From Candidatus Nanohaloarchaea archaeon (GTDB taxonomy: Archaea; Nanohalarchaeota; Nanosalinia; Nanosalinales; Nanosalinaceae): DNA of 64,000 nucleotides. The stretch covers positions 480,001 to 544,000 of the forward strand of contig CP046106.1 in the NCBI GenBank assembly GCA_013343275.1. Reading direction: 5' to 3'. The notes beneath the pieces were generated by a model. That model was not told where the DNA came from. It worked only from the letters and a program-made list of their open reading frames with translations, and did not search any database. This document shows positions 19,258-29,036 of the stretch, in pieces. The translations under genes were made by a program, and so were the position numbers. Every line of letters begins with the position of its first letter. Position 1 is the first letter of the stretch.

Positions 19258-20070
19258 CTAGCTGCCGGTACTGGAGTAGTTGCTGAGGCCGTATTTCCAG
19301 AACCTGTAGGCCAGGAAGTAGAATACCGGGCCTACAAACGGCGTGACGAGTTTCCAGGTGTGGAAGCCTTCTTTTCCGAGCAGGAAGGATACAGGGAAGA
19401 ATGATGCGAAGGCTAGCGGTATCAGTGTGACGAGCAGGGCCTGTATCACTACGCCGAATATTCCTATAGGGTATTTTCTGAAGTTGCTGATGCGGAAGAT
19501 CAGCCAGATTGCGCTGCGGGAGGTACCTGTCCAGAATGCAGTGGTTGAGAACACCAGGTAGATCGAGGCCACTACAAGTATTCCGCTGACCATTGCAGAT
19601 GCCGCATAGACTAGTTCAACTAGGCCAAGGTTCAGGCCTATTTTTGTGCCTGCATAGATTACGAGCGCGAAGTTTGCGATTATCTTAGGCAGATTGTTGT
19701 CGTGGACATCGTCAGCATAGACTTGGAATAGCGGGTTCAGAGGCCTTAAGAGGAATCTGTCCATGTCTCCTGAGATTATGTAGTTTTCTCCAAGCCTTGT
19801 GATGTTGAACAGGAACATGTTCTGTATGAAGATTACCATTCCACCGAATCCGGAGAGGAAAAGCATTTCGTTGAACGTCCAGCCCTGCAAGGTCTCAATC
19901 TGTGTGAATACCAGTGTCAGGAAGGATATAGAGACTGCTACACTTACCGTCTGGCCTAGAGCTCCCAGCAGGAAATCTTTTTTGTATACAAGCCTGGATT
20001 TCCAGTACTGTACGAAGTACAGCCAGTAGATTCGGGCGTATTTCCTGAAAGTATCGATTTTGTTTCTCAC
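19258..20070 (-). CDS. ABC-2 type exporter permease (DUF990-like)
   Basis: GWTFNEML, GDMDRFLLRPLNPL and YPIGIF motifs; multi-TM. Confidence 0.88.
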   Translation of the reverse strand: MRNKIDTFRKYARIYWLYFVQYWKSRLVYKKDFLLGALGQTVSVAVSISFLTLVFTQIETLQGWTFNEMLFLSGFGGMVIFIQNMFLFNITRLGENYIISGDMDRFLLRPLNPLFQVYADDVHDNNLPKIIANFALVIYAGTKIGLNLGLVELVYAASAMVSGILVVASIYLVFSTTAFWTGTSRSAIWLIFRISNFRKYPIGIFGVVIQALLVTLIPLAFASFFPVSFLLGKEGFHTWKLVTPFVGPVFYFLAYRFWKYGLSNYSSTGS

Positions 20071-20074
20071 CGTC

Positions 20075-20857
20075 TTAGCCTCCCTGCACCGTCAGTCTTT
20101 TCTTTGCTTTTCGCCAGAGAAGCTCTGCGAGAACGAACAGAACTACTATCCACGCTACCTGTAACCCCAGAACGCGGAGAGCGCTCTCCGCTGTACCCTG
20201 GTAGATAGAGATAGGGCCGTCTACCATCCACGGGAAGGGAGTGAGATAGAATAGCTGTCTGATTCCTTCCGGCACCAGGTACAGCGGGATCATTGCTCCG
20301 GATAGAAGGCCTGCCAGCATTGTTCTCATCATTCTGAGACTCCAGCCTACCTTCGTCCAGAAGACTAGCATCGATGTAGCATAGGAAAGTACGATAGCTA
20401 GGTTCAGAGTCAGGAACAGCGAGGCCAGGAATACTACGGCATCTGCCGGGCCTGGTATTCCCACGTTCAGGAAGGCTATACCTGCCAGTAGTGCCGGGAG
20501 ACCTCTGATAACCATTTTGAAGGATGATCGGCCTATTTCGTAGAAGTATAGCTGTGATCTCAGGGAGACAGGCTTTTTCAGTTCGTTGACTATTGTTCCT
20601 CTCCTGATCCTGTCGCCGACCCAGTTTTCCAGGTTGGCCGAGGTAGCGTTGTTTATCACACGGGCCAGCGCCACGTACGATATAATTGTGCTGAAAGGTA
20701 CTGCAAGTGTTCCTGAGGCCGCGATCGCCTTCCAGACATAGTAGAAAAGTACCAGCGAGATAAGAGTGGAGCCTATACCTGAGAGTGTGTTTGCCCTGTA
20801 CTGCAGGCCTTCTCTGAGACCTACTTTTGTGAAAGAGAGGTACTTGCCGAGTTTCAT
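20075..20857 (-). CDS. ABC-2 type exporter permease
   Basis: IRRGTIVNELKKP and LSGAMIPL motifs; multi-TM. Confidence 0.88.
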   Translation of the reverse strand: MKLGKYLSFTKVGLREGLQYRANTLSGIGSTLISLVLFYYVWKAIAASGTLAVPFSTIISYVALARVINNATSANLENWVGDRIRRGTIVNELKKPVSLRSQLYFYEIGRSSFKMVIRGLPALLAGIAFLNVGIPGPADAVVFLASLFLTLNLAIVLSYATSMLVFWTKVGWSLRMMRTMLAGLLSGAMIPLYLVPEGIRQLFYLTPFPWMVDGPISIYQGTAESALRVLGLQVAWIVVLFVLAELLWRKAKKRLTVQGG

Positions 20858-21838
20858 CTACAGGCCCTCGTTGTACACCTTTTTCACTACAGTTTCTATA
20901 TCCGGCTCCCTGATCTGGAAGTCAAGCACATCGTAGTTATCGAGTACTTCTCTCATCAGGTCGCTGGCAGAGATTACCTCGCGGTCGAAAACTATCTCTA
21001 CATGGCCGTCATCCTGATTGATCTCCTTTATGCCTTCCAGTTCAAGCTCGACAGGCTCTGTACCTCTGGTATCCATAACCAGTCTCCTCGAGGTGAATCT
21101 GTTCACCAAGGTGTCCAGCTCTCCATCGTAGATCTTCTTCCCTTCATCCAGAACCACTATTCTATCACAGAGGTCCTCTATATCGCCGATATCGTGCGTT
21201 GTCAGCATTACAGTGATATCTTTCTCCCTGTTCATCTTCTTGATGAAGTCCCTGATCCTTTCCTTAACTGCAACATCTAGGCCGATAGTAGGCTCATCGA
21301 GATAGACAATTTTAGGATGGTGGAGGAAGGCTGCTGCCAGCTCGCACCTCATCTTCTGGCCCAGCGAAAGTTTCCGGACAGGCTGGTCCCAGAAATCGGA
21401 GAGCTGGAGAACCTCGTCGAACTCCTCTATACGGGCCTCGTAGTCCTCATCGCTGACCTCATAGATCTCTTTCAGGAGCTTGAAACTTTCTTTTACCGGC
21501 AGATCCCACCAGAGCTGTGTTTTCTGTCCGAACACCACTCCAATATTCATTGCGTTTTTCTTTCTATGTTTATGCGGATCTCTTCCGTCAACCTCAATTT
21601 GGCCGGAAGATGGCTCGAGAATACCTGTTAACATCTTTACAGTAGTGGATTTTCCAGCGCCGTTGGCCCCGATATACCCTATCATCTCGCCTTCCTCGAT
21701 CTCAAGGTTCAGATCCTCTACGGCGTGAACTTCCTCGTAGTCCCGGGAGAGAAAGCTTTTCAGATATCCTTTGATACCCTCTCCTCTCTGGTAGATTCGG
21801 AAAGTCTTGTTCAGGTTCTCGGCTTTGATTAAACTCAT
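20858..21838 (-). CDS. ABC transporter ATP-binding protein
   Basis: GANGAGKST, LSLGQ and LDEPTIGLD motifs. Confidence 0.94.
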   Translation of the reverse strand: MSLIKAENLNKTFRIYQRGEGIKGYLKSFLSRDYEEVHAVEDLNLEIEEGEMIGYIGANGAGKSTTVKMLTGILEPSSGQIEVDGRDPHKHRKKNAMNIGVVFGQKTQLWWDLPVKESFKLLKEIYEVSDEDYEARIEEFDEVLQLSDFWDQPVRKLSLGQKMRCELAAAFLHHPKIVYLDEPTIGLDVAVKERIRDFIKKMNREKDITVMLTTHDIGDIEDLCDRIVVLDEGKKIYDGELDTLVNRFTSRRLVMDTRGTEPVELELEGIKEINQDDGHVEIVFDREVISASDLMREVLDNYDVLDFQIREPDIETVVKKVYNEGL

Positions 21839-21864
21839 AGAAAAGAAGTTTTCAGCACAATTTT

Positions 21865-22263
21865 TTAACTTCTCCACCAGGGCTCATATGTCTCGAGGTA
21901 TGAGGGTTCTCTAGGCAACTCGGCACCATCTATAGAAAAATAAACCGAGTAATCTCCGTCTGCTACTCTGAGGAATTGATCGCCATCCACTGTAACCAGC
22001 ATCTTTGACTCAGTTCGCGGACTCTCCTCATAAGGATCCATTCCGTAACTGTCAAGTATTGAAGTTGACAAATCCGGGGAAAGTTCTGCTCTTTCGAGAG
22101 GTCTGTAGCCCGAGAAATCGAAGAATAAATCTTCTTTCCGGAAACCTCTAGCAGGTAGTTGAGTCCTTGCCTCATCAATATCGGTCAGATGCACAAGCGA
22201 AACCTCATCTTTATCTAGAAAACTATGCGTCTTATTCCAACCTGATTCGCCAGCATCTGCCAT
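21865..22263 (-). CDS. Hypothetical acidic protein (probable paralog of 45501-45887)
   Basis: Acidic ORF; DLFFDFS motif shared with the 45501 ORF. Confidence 0.55.
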   Translation of the reverse strand: MADAGESGWNKTHSFLDKDEVSLVHLTDIDEARTQLPARGFRKEDLFFDFSGYRPLERAELSPDLSTSILDSYGMDPYEESPRTESKMLVTVDGDQFLRVADGDYSVYFSIDGAELPREPSYLETYEPWWRS

Positions 22264-22339
22264 CAACAAAAAACCACCAAGCAAAACTTTTATCGATTAC
22301 TGAGAGAAATAAAGAAAGGAATACGTAAAGAGCCAAGGA

Positions 22340-23974
22340 CTATTCCTTCACCTTGACAGGCACTCCTTTCTCCTTCAAAAGCTCTACCTGGCGCTTGACG
22401 AAGTCTTCCTCATTAGATCCCTTTGTCGCAATCATGTAGACCTGTGCATCTCCAAAAGGCCTCATAACCCTTCCAGCCCTCTGAGTTGCCTGTCTACGGG
22501 AACCTCCCTGGCCCGACATGATGATTCCAACTTCTGTATCGGGTAGGTCAAGGCCTTCATCTCCGATCCTGGAGACAATGATCGTATTCATCTTGTCCTG
22601 ACGGAAGTCCTCAAAGTACTCCTCTCTGTCGTCAAAGTCAGTCTCACCGGAGATGAACGGTATATCGAACTTCTCAGAGATTTCCTCTCCCTGATCTATC
22701 CAGTCACAGAAGATAATCGTTTTCTCATCCTGATGCTCCTCCAGTAGATCCTCCAGCATAGGAATCTTCGCAGGGTTCTTAGAAGCCACTATTGCTTTCT
22801 TGATACCTGAGGCCTCCTCGTACTTGTGACGGTAGAAATCGGACTCCCATTCCACAAGGTTGATCTCTACATCCGGCTTGACAACGTAGCCTTCCGAGAA
22901 GAAACGGGCCCAGTCGCCGCCGATCTCCTGACCGATTAAAGCAAATATCTCCCGTTCCTTGGAGTCTTCCCTGACAGGGGAGGCCGATAGGCCTATCCTG
23001 CGGGTTGACTGTAGCGAAGCAGTCTTCCTGAACAGTTTGGATGGAATATGGTGTACTTCGTCGAAGATGATCAGGCCCCATTCCTTCTGGAATAGAGAGG
23101 TCTTCTCTCCAGCCATGTGGTATGTTGCGATCGTCACGTCCTTCATCTTCTTCTGATCTCCGTGGTACTGGCCGATCTGGTCCTCTGTCAGAGTTGTTTT
23201 GTCAAGTATTTCTCTTTTCCACTGGTTTACGAGCGATCTCTGCGGTACAAGTACCAGTGTCGGTGCGTCAACCTTCGCCATAAGGCCTATGCTGGTTACA
23301 GTCTTTCCTGATCCTGCAGGGTTGGCAAGTACTGCTGCTCTTTTCTCGTAGGCCTTTTCGACGTATTCTTCCTGGTAGTCACGTAGCTCTATTCCTTTGA
23401 GATCACAGCCAATTTTTTCGCTGGATTCCCGGAATTTTGAGTTGTCCTCTACCGGGTAGCCTTTCTTTAGAAGCGCTTTCTTGATCTCTGCGCGGGATTT
23501 AGCTCCCATCTGGATTCGGGACTTGGTGTCGGAGAGGTCGACGGAGAGATTCTGTCTTACTTTGTCGATTCCTCGGGCCCATTCCATTCGTTCCGGCTCT
23601 TCTGCTATGAGTACATGAGCCATTCGTTCGTGTTCGATCCGGAACATTTCCTGTTTTTCGTAGGTGCGCTCTACCCATTCGATGAAGTGCGGGTAGGATC
23701 CTACGAGTCGCGTGTATTTCTCCTTCATCTCCTCCAGCGAGAGATCGGAGTTCCAGACATCCATTTCCCTTACCTGGAACTTGTAGTGGTCTCCGGAGGA
23801 TGTTTCCATGTGTGAGATGGAAGATATTTCGCGTAATGTTTCCTCTGTAGGGTTTGAAAGTATAATTTCTCTCTGCGGTTCGAAGAAGACCACCTGATCT
23901 TCCTGCAGTTCATTTACTTTATCGATCAGTTCTTCCTTCGAAAGATCCTCTAGATCCGAATTTTCCTCTGACAT
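22340..23974 (-). CDS. xpb: XPB/Rad25-like SF2 helicase
   Basis: LRDYQ, PAGSGKT, DEVHH, LSASPVRED, GSRRQATQRAGR motifs. Confidence 0.88.
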   Translation of the reverse strand: MSEENSDLEDLSKEELIDKVNELQEDQVVFFEPQREIILSNPTEETLREISSISHMETSSGDHYKFQVREMDVWNSDLSLEEMKEKYTRLVGSYPHFIEWVERTYEKQEMFRIEHERMAHVLIAEEPERMEWARGIDKVRQNLSVDLSDTKSRIQMGAKSRAEIKKALLKKGYPVEDNSKFRESSEKIGCDLKGIELRDYQEEYVEKAYEKRAAVLANPAGSGKTVTSIGLMAKVDAPTLVLVPQRSLVNQWKREILDKTTLTEDQIGQYHGDQKKMKDVTIATYHMAGEKTSLFQKEWGLIIFDEVHHIPSKLFRKTASLQSTRRIGLSASPVREDSKEREIFALIGQEIGGDWARFFSEGYVVKPDVEINLVEWESDFYRHKYEEASGIKKAIVASKNPAKIPMLEDLLEEHQDEKTIIFCDWIDQGEEISEKFDIPFISGETDFDDREEYFEDFRQDKMNTIIVSRIGDEGLDLPDTEVGIIMSGQGGSRRQATQRAGRVMRPFGDAQVYMIATKGSNEEDFVKRQVELLKEKGVPVKVKE

Positions 23975-24019
23975 ACCCGTGTGAAGGAATGTTAAATCTT
24001 AAATCCCTAATCCTGTTGT

Positions 24020-24622
24020 GTGAAAACCGAGCTCAAGAAACAGCTTTCGAAAATAAGCGATTTCGAGAACCCTAGAATCAGTCTGGAGCAGTACCGCACC
24101 CCTCCAGCGCTTGCAGCCGATCTACTGCATACAGCATACATGCAGGGAGATATTGAAGGCCTTAAAGTAGCAGATCTAGGTGCAGGTACCGGAATGCTCA
24201 GTCTTGGAGCTGCACTTCTAGGAGCAGAAGTTGTAGCTGTTGAGAAAGAGGATGATGCTGTAAGAATACTGGAGGAGAACGCCAAAGATCTAGGCCTTGA
24301 AGTCGAGATAGTTCAGGAAGATATTGAGGAGTTCAATCAGGATGCTGATACTGTATTGATGAACCCTCCTTTTTCCCAGCACTCTGATATAGGCCTCAAG
24401 TTCTGGGAGAAGGCATTGGAGCACGGCGATACGGTTTACGGGATCAGTCCTCGAGGCCTGCGTGAACGTATAAAAGATTTTGTAGGAAATTCCAGTCATG
24501 AAGTACTGGCGGTAGAGGAGTTCAGTATCTCTTTGCCGCCGAGTTACGGCTTTCATACAGAGGAAAGCCATGAAACCGAGATAGACTTGATAATCACGAG
24601 GAGAACAGATAATGGAACTTGA
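24020..24622 (+). CDS. METTL5-family RNA methyltransferase
   Basis: LEQYRTP, DLGAGTG and MNPPF motifs; next to rpoL. Confidence 0.88.
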   Translation: MKTELKKQLSKISDFENPRISLEQYRTPPALAADLLHTAYMQGDIEGLKVADLGAGTGMLSLGAALLGAEVVAVEKEDDAVRILEENAKDLGLEVEIVQEDIEEFNQDADTVLMNPPFSQHSDIGLKFWEKALEHGDTVYGISPRGLRERIKDFVGNSSHEVLAVEEFSISLPPSYGFHTEESHETEIDLIITRRTDNGT

Positions 24623-24854
24623 AGCAGTAGAAAAAGGAGACCGGCTTATCGTAAACTTTCAGAAAAACCACACAGTCGCAAATCTTGTAAGGAAGGCAAT
24701 CTGGAAGAACGGCGGAGAAGCCGGTTACGACAAAGGACACCCACTGGGCGAAGACTCAAACCTTGTAATCGACGCAGACAACCCTCGCGAAGTACTCAAG
24801 GAAGGAATCGACACCGCTCAGGAATGGATGGAAGAGCTCGAAGACCAGGCCTAG
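24612..24854 (+). CDS. rpoL: RNA polymerase subunit L (Rpo11)
   Basis: HTVANLVR..AGYDKGHPL; conserved gene context. Confidence 0.85.
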   Translation: MELEAVEKGDRLIVNFQKNHTVANLVRKAIWKNGGEAGYDKGHPLGEDSNLVIDADNPREVLKEGIDTAQEWMEELEDQA

Positions 24855-24926
24855 AGAAGGCCTTTCTTCTGGATAAATTTTTCTCAAGGGTTAACTCAAA
24901 AAAGAGGTCTCTCCAAGTTTTTCTTC

Positions 24927-25664
24927 ATGGATATCAGAAACCAGTACAGTTCTTTCAGGGATCAGGTCAAGGAGTTCGATGATATATACTTTATTTTCCT
25001 GGCTGTTCTCCTGGCATTCGGTACCCTTCAGACAACCGGAGCTGTTCTTGACACAGAGAAGCCTGTTGTTACCGTAGTTTCGCCATCCATGTGCCCGGAG
25101 CTACAGGTAGGAGACATCCTTTTCGTTAAAGGAGCTTCATACAGCAACATCCATGAAGGAGACATAATTGTATACAATGTCCCTGACAGAGTGGAATTCA
25201 CGGTAGGAGAGAGGAGGTATGTTCTGGAGCAGAATCAGAGCGGCACCCCATCAGTTGTTACTTCTATAGGCCGTTTCTCACTTCTCGGTGTCGATCCTGC
25301 ACGCGACAGAGACAACGACAGAGTTAGAATGTCGCTGAACGGAACCCAGCTGGAACCAATGTTTGAGGGCGAGAGCTACAGCATATCAGGCCGTAGCGTT
25401 GAGATCACATATGCTACAGATTTACCTCCTGGAGATATCCCTATCGTCCACAGAGTCGTGGAGAAAAATCCCTCCTATCTTGAAACTATGGGTGACGCCA
25501 ACACAGGGCAGCTCGAGTTTGAGAAGCATGTTGAGCCAGATCAGATTCACGGCAAGGTTTTCTTTGAAATTCCTCGTGTCGGCCTTGTAAAGCTCTGGAC
25601 TATGGACTTGCTGGGGTATGCTGGTGACAGGCCTTTCGTTATTGATAACACTCCTTCGTGCTAG
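24927..25664 (+). CDS. Signal peptidase I (Sec11/S26), with an insertion
   Basis: TM, VVSPSMCP (catalytic Ser), GDIIVY, IVHRV and TMGDAN motifs. Confidence 0.8.
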   Translation: MDIRNQYSSFRDQVKEFDDIYFIFLAVLLAFGTLQTTGAVLDTEKPVVTVVSPSMCPELQVGDILFVKGASYSNIHEGDIIVYNVPDRVEFTVGERRYVLEQNQSGTPSVVTSIGRFSLLGVDPARDRDNDRVRMSLNGTQLEPMFEGESYSISGRSVEITYATDLPPGDIPIVHRVVEKNPSYLETMGDANTGQLEFEKHVEPDQIHGKVFFEIPRVGLVKLWTMDLLGYAGDRPFVIDNTPSC

Positions 25665-25705
25665 AAGTAGTTAATTTAAAGGTTGGTTGTTTAATCTATG
25701 GCAAT

Positions 25706-26041
25706 ATGGACTTCTGTGACGAATGTGGAGGAATGCTTGTATCCCAGAAGAAAGATGGGGAAACAGTAATGGAGTGCCGTGACTGCGGTCATGTTCAGGA
25801 CGTAGAGGGCGGTGACTACAAGGTAACTGAGGAGAAAGAAGACGATCCTATGAACCGTCTGAACGTTAATGAAGAGGGAGGCGACGAATCCACAAGGCCG
25901 ACTACGACAAAAGAATGCAAGAAGTGCGGTGAAGAGACAGAGCAGGAATGGTGGATGGAGCAGACACGTGCATCAGACGAGCCGGCCACACGTTTCTACA
26001 AGTGCCGTCAGTGCGGTAACGTGTACAAAGAATACGATTAA
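25706..26041 (+). CDS. tfs: Transcription elongation factor TFS
   Basis: Two zinc ribbons and the QTRASDEP acidic hairpin. Confidence 0.93.
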   Translation: MDFCDECGGMLVSQKKDGETVMECRDCGHVQDVEGGDYKVTEEKEDDPMNRLNVNEEGGDESTRPTTTKECKKCGEETEQEWWMEQTRASDEPATRFYKCRQCGNVYKEYD

Positions 26042-26043
26042 AC

Positions 26044-26670
26044 CTATTCTTCCTCTATCTCTACATTTTCAGCATCTATTTCATCGACAACAGAGTTCAA
26101 AGAAGTTCTAAGCTTACTTAACTCTCTATTAATCTTCTCAGTCCTGTTCTCAAACTGTGACTTCTCAACCTTGCTCTCAAGATCCCACTCCTGTCGATTC
26201 GAGTCAAGGATAAACTCCTCCTCGATCTCGCTGACCTTGTCCTCCAGGCTATTTACCCTCTCAAAGATCTCTCTATCCTGATTATCAATTTTGCTCTCAA
26301 GCTTCGAAACGCGGTTCTCAAGCCTCTGAGAGTCAGCTTTCTGGTTATTTAATTTCTGCTTCAGAGAAGAAATTTCGCTCCTGACATCATCCTTACTATC
26401 GTTAAGCTGCCTGAGCTTCTTATTCTGTTTAGACTGGATCTTGCTAAGTCTGCGGAAAATCCTCTCCAAGTCGTTAAGATCCTGCTTGTTTTTCTCAACA
26501 TCAGCCTGAAGGCCTTCAGAGAAATTCTGCTGAAGAGAATTGAAACGTGACTCAAAATCCTGAAGTGCGTTATCCATCGCATTAACGTGCGACTGAAGAG
26601 ACTGAATCTGTTCCTCTAACTGTTCAGTATTTTCAGCTGCCTCCTCACCTTTCTGACCTAACAAGTCCAT
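26044..26670 (-). CDS. Hypothetical long coiled-coil protein
   Basis: Heptad pattern over ~190 aa. Confidence 0.7.
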   Translation of the reverse strand: MDLLGQKGEEAAENTEQLEEQIQSLQSHVNAMDNALQDFESRFNSLQQNFSEGLQADVEKNKQDLNDLERIFRRLSKIQSKQNKKLRQLNDSKDDVRSEISSLKQKLNNQKADSQRLENRVSKLESKIDNQDREIFERVNSLEDKVSEIEEEFILDSNRQEWDLESKVEKSQFENRTEKINRELSKLRTSLNSVVDEIDAENVEIEEE

Positions 26671-26702
26671 AACCAGTTTTTGAGTTTGCTGGTATTTAAT
26701 CC

Positions 26703-26954
26703 CTAGTGCCGATGCCTCCAGTCAATCAACAGAATCTCCGCACCAGCCACAAAAAAGGCAAAACTCGCAACCATCAGGCCCGCAAACAGCTGGTACTCTC
26801 CAGGCCTGTAGTTATAGATCCCGGTACTGACGCGGTAACCTAGGTACGCGAAAAGAGCCACGAACGAGAGAAATCCTGTCAGAACCAGGAACTCTCCAAG
26901 AGGCCTGTTGTACAGAACCTTGTCATGGAGTTTCTCGAGGTTTTCGCGCACCAT
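26703..26954 (-). CDS. Small two-TM membrane protein
   Basis: 83 aa with two hydrophobic helices. Confidence 0.6.
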   Translation of the reverse strand: MVRENLEKLHDKVLYNRPLGEFLVLTGFLSFVALFAYLGYRVSTGIYNYRPGEYQLFAGLMVASFAFFVAGAEILLIDWRHRH

Positions 26955-26985
26955 ATTGAAATAGTTTTATCTCGGCTTATTTATT

Positions 26986-27315
26986 ATGCCCGAGAATCAA
27001 AGACGAGCGCCGGCAAGGCCTAAAGATATCGAGGAGATCGACCCGCAAAAAGATATTAGAGTACGAGTCGTAGGAACAGTAATTTCAGTAGACGACGACT
27101 CTGTCACAATCGACGACAGCACCGGATCTGTAGAGGTATTCCTGGAAGACGAGGCCATGGAAGATCTTGAAGAACAGCAGAGAATTAGAGTGCTCGGCCG
27201 AGTACTGCCGACCCCTGACAGCTTTGAAATCCAGGGAGAGATCGTGCAGAGCTTCGAAGACGTCGACCCAGAAATCTACGACAGCGTTAAAAAAGTTGTT
27301 AACACTTCTGAGTAA
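26986..27315 (+). CDS. Single OB-fold protein (RPA small subunit-like)
   Basis: VRVVGTV..IDDSTGSVEV..IRVLGRV; directly upstream of PCNA. Confidence 0.75.
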   Translation: MPENQRRAPARPKDIEEIDPQKDIRVRVVGTVISVDDDSVTIDDSTGSVEVFLEDEAMEDLEEQQRIRVLGRVLPTPDSFEIQGEIVQSFEDVDPEIYDSVKKVVNTSE

Positions 27316-27330
27316 CATAGGTGAGGAGGG

Positions 27331-28083
27331 GTGTTTAAAGCAGAAATCGAAGATGTTGGACTTCTACAGGACTCAATGAAAACCATTTCAGACCTAATCA
27401 GTGAAGGCCTATTCCAGTTAAAGGATGACGGCATTCACCTGGTTGCAGCAGACCCTGCAATGGTAGGTCTGGTAGATTTCCACATCGAAAAAGACGTATT
27501 CGAAAACTACGAACTTGATGAAGAATCAAAAGTAGGCCTAAATCTAGAAAATCTATACTCAATTCTTCGAAGAGCAAACAGCGATGACACAATTACTCTC
27601 GAAGTAAAGGACGACGAATCCAAGTTTTACATCAACATGGAAGGCCGCAGCACGAGAAACTTCTCACTGCCGATCCTCAATCTTTCAGAGGACGACATTC
27701 CTTCCACAGACCAGCTTGACTTCACATTCGAAGGAGAACTCGAGACAAAAGTTCTCGAAAGCGCTATAAAAGACGCGATGGTCGTCTCAGACTCCGTAAC
27801 AGTAACGGCCTCAAAGGACAGCATCGAGATCTCGGCAGAAGGCGACCAGTCCGATGTAGACTTCAAGATTACAGAGGACTCAGAAGGAGTACTGGAGCTT
27901 TCAGGAGAAGAGGCCAACTCAATGTTCAGCCTCGATTACCTGTCAAAGATGATCGGCGCCAAGAAACTATCAGATACAGTCACAGTCAAGATGGCCGACG
28001 AATTCCCAGTCAGACTGGAGTTCGAGATCCCAGATGAGGCCAACCTGAGCTTCGTACTGGCACCACGCATAGAAGAAGATTAA
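27331..28083 (+). CDS. pcn: PCNA sliding clamp
   Basis: AADPAMVGLV, FSLDYL and C-terminal LAPRIEE. Confidence 0.96.
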   Translation: MFKAEIEDVGLLQDSMKTISDLISEGLFQLKDDGIHLVAADPAMVGLVDFHIEKDVFENYELDEESKVGLNLENLYSILRRANSDDTITLEVKDDESKFYINMEGRSTRNFSLPILNLSEDDIPSTDQLDFTFEGELETKVLESAIKDAMVVSDSVTVTASKDSIEISAEGDQSDVDFKITEDSEGVLELSGEEANSMFSLDYLSKMIGAKKLSDTVTVKMADEFPVRLEFEIPDEANLSFVLAPRIEED

Positions 28084-28215
28084 CTTCTTTCTATGCTTAA
28101 ACCAGAAGATCTCTGATCTTCGGATCCACGCATCGAGGAAGACTAAGGCTTCTCACGTGCTCTAAGAAGCATTATTGAATGCTTCGTCACGTATTGAAGA
28201 GGATTAAACCTCTTC
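28063..28215 (+). repeat. Three synonymous copies of the PCNA 3' end separated by double-hairpin units
   Basis: CCACGCATAGAAGAAGATTAA (28063), CCACGCATCGAGGAAGACTAA (28126), TCACGTATTGAAGAGGATTAA (28187), with inverted repeats in between. Confidence 0.85.
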
Positions 28216-28265
28216 CCACCTCTTATTTTTCCTAATTTTCTCATCTAAGTAAAAAGAAAGAAAAT

Positions 28266-28952
28266 TTATTTCTCTGATTCAGCGCCGAAGTAAACTACCG
28301 AATCTAGAGGCCCAGAGAAAGCATCCTGAACCCTCTCAACCACACCAGAGAACAGTTCGGAATCTGATTCCCTGTAGGCCCCGAAAGGTATCGGGAAATC
28401 ACTCTGGACATCATAATCAAGGCCTTCCAGCCATTCTTCAACTTCTTCATCGCTGTGAAGTGTACTGCCTTCCGGCATATCATCGTTCAGGTCAGCCATC
28501 CTGCCGTTGTATAGTTTTCTGGCGCTTGACTCGCTGAACACATCGAATACAAAACCTTCCTCTGCTACACGGTTCATCTCATCAATAACTTCTTCCTCAT
28601 CCCCTACAAGGTGGAAAAGCCTTGGAGCAACTATATAATCGAATGCATCGTCCTGATAAGGGAGTCTGTGAGCATCGACACGCACAGCATCTTCCACCCG
28701 GTTATTTGCGACTGCTGCCTGAAGAGGCTCCTGCTCTATATCCGCTGCAAAATTCTCGTAATCATCCAGATACTCTGAAAGCAGTGCAGGGCCTGAGCCT
28801 AGTTCAAGTATTTTATCTCCCTGTTGTGCGCCGAGGCCTTCAAGCATCTCCTCGAAGTTGTGGTTCTGTCTCTCGAGCACCTTCTTTCCGCCGGCGGAAG
28901 AGTACCTTCTCTCTACATAGGTTTCCGGGTCTCTGTATATTTCTTCAGGCAT
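28266..28952 (-). CDS. Class I SAM-dependent methyltransferase
   Basis: LELGSGPA and DAHRLPYQDDAFD motifs. Confidence 0.85.
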   Translation of the reverse strand: MPEEIYRDPETYVERRYSSAGGKKVLERQNHNFEEMLEGLGAQQGDKILELGSGPALLSEYLDDYENFAADIEQEPLQAAVANNRVEDAVRVDAHRLPYQDDAFDYIVAPRLFHLVGDEEEVIDEMNRVAEEGFVFDVFSESSARKLYNGRMADLNDDMPEGSTLHSDEEVEEWLEGLDYDVQSDFPIPFGAYRESDSELFSGVVERVQDAFSGPLDSVVYFGAESEK

Positions 28953-29036
28953 AGAGACTGTTTACGCAGAAACTTTTTTATCTGAAATCTCGATGTGAGG
29001 CCGGGATTTTTACAGTTTCCTACCGCAATACTAACC

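Noticed and set aside
28063-28215. CRISPR array interpretation of the 21 nt repeats with ~40 nt spacers
   Set aside because: The repeats are the PCNA coding end with silent-site variation, the spacers are hairpins, there are only three copies, and no cas genes are present.
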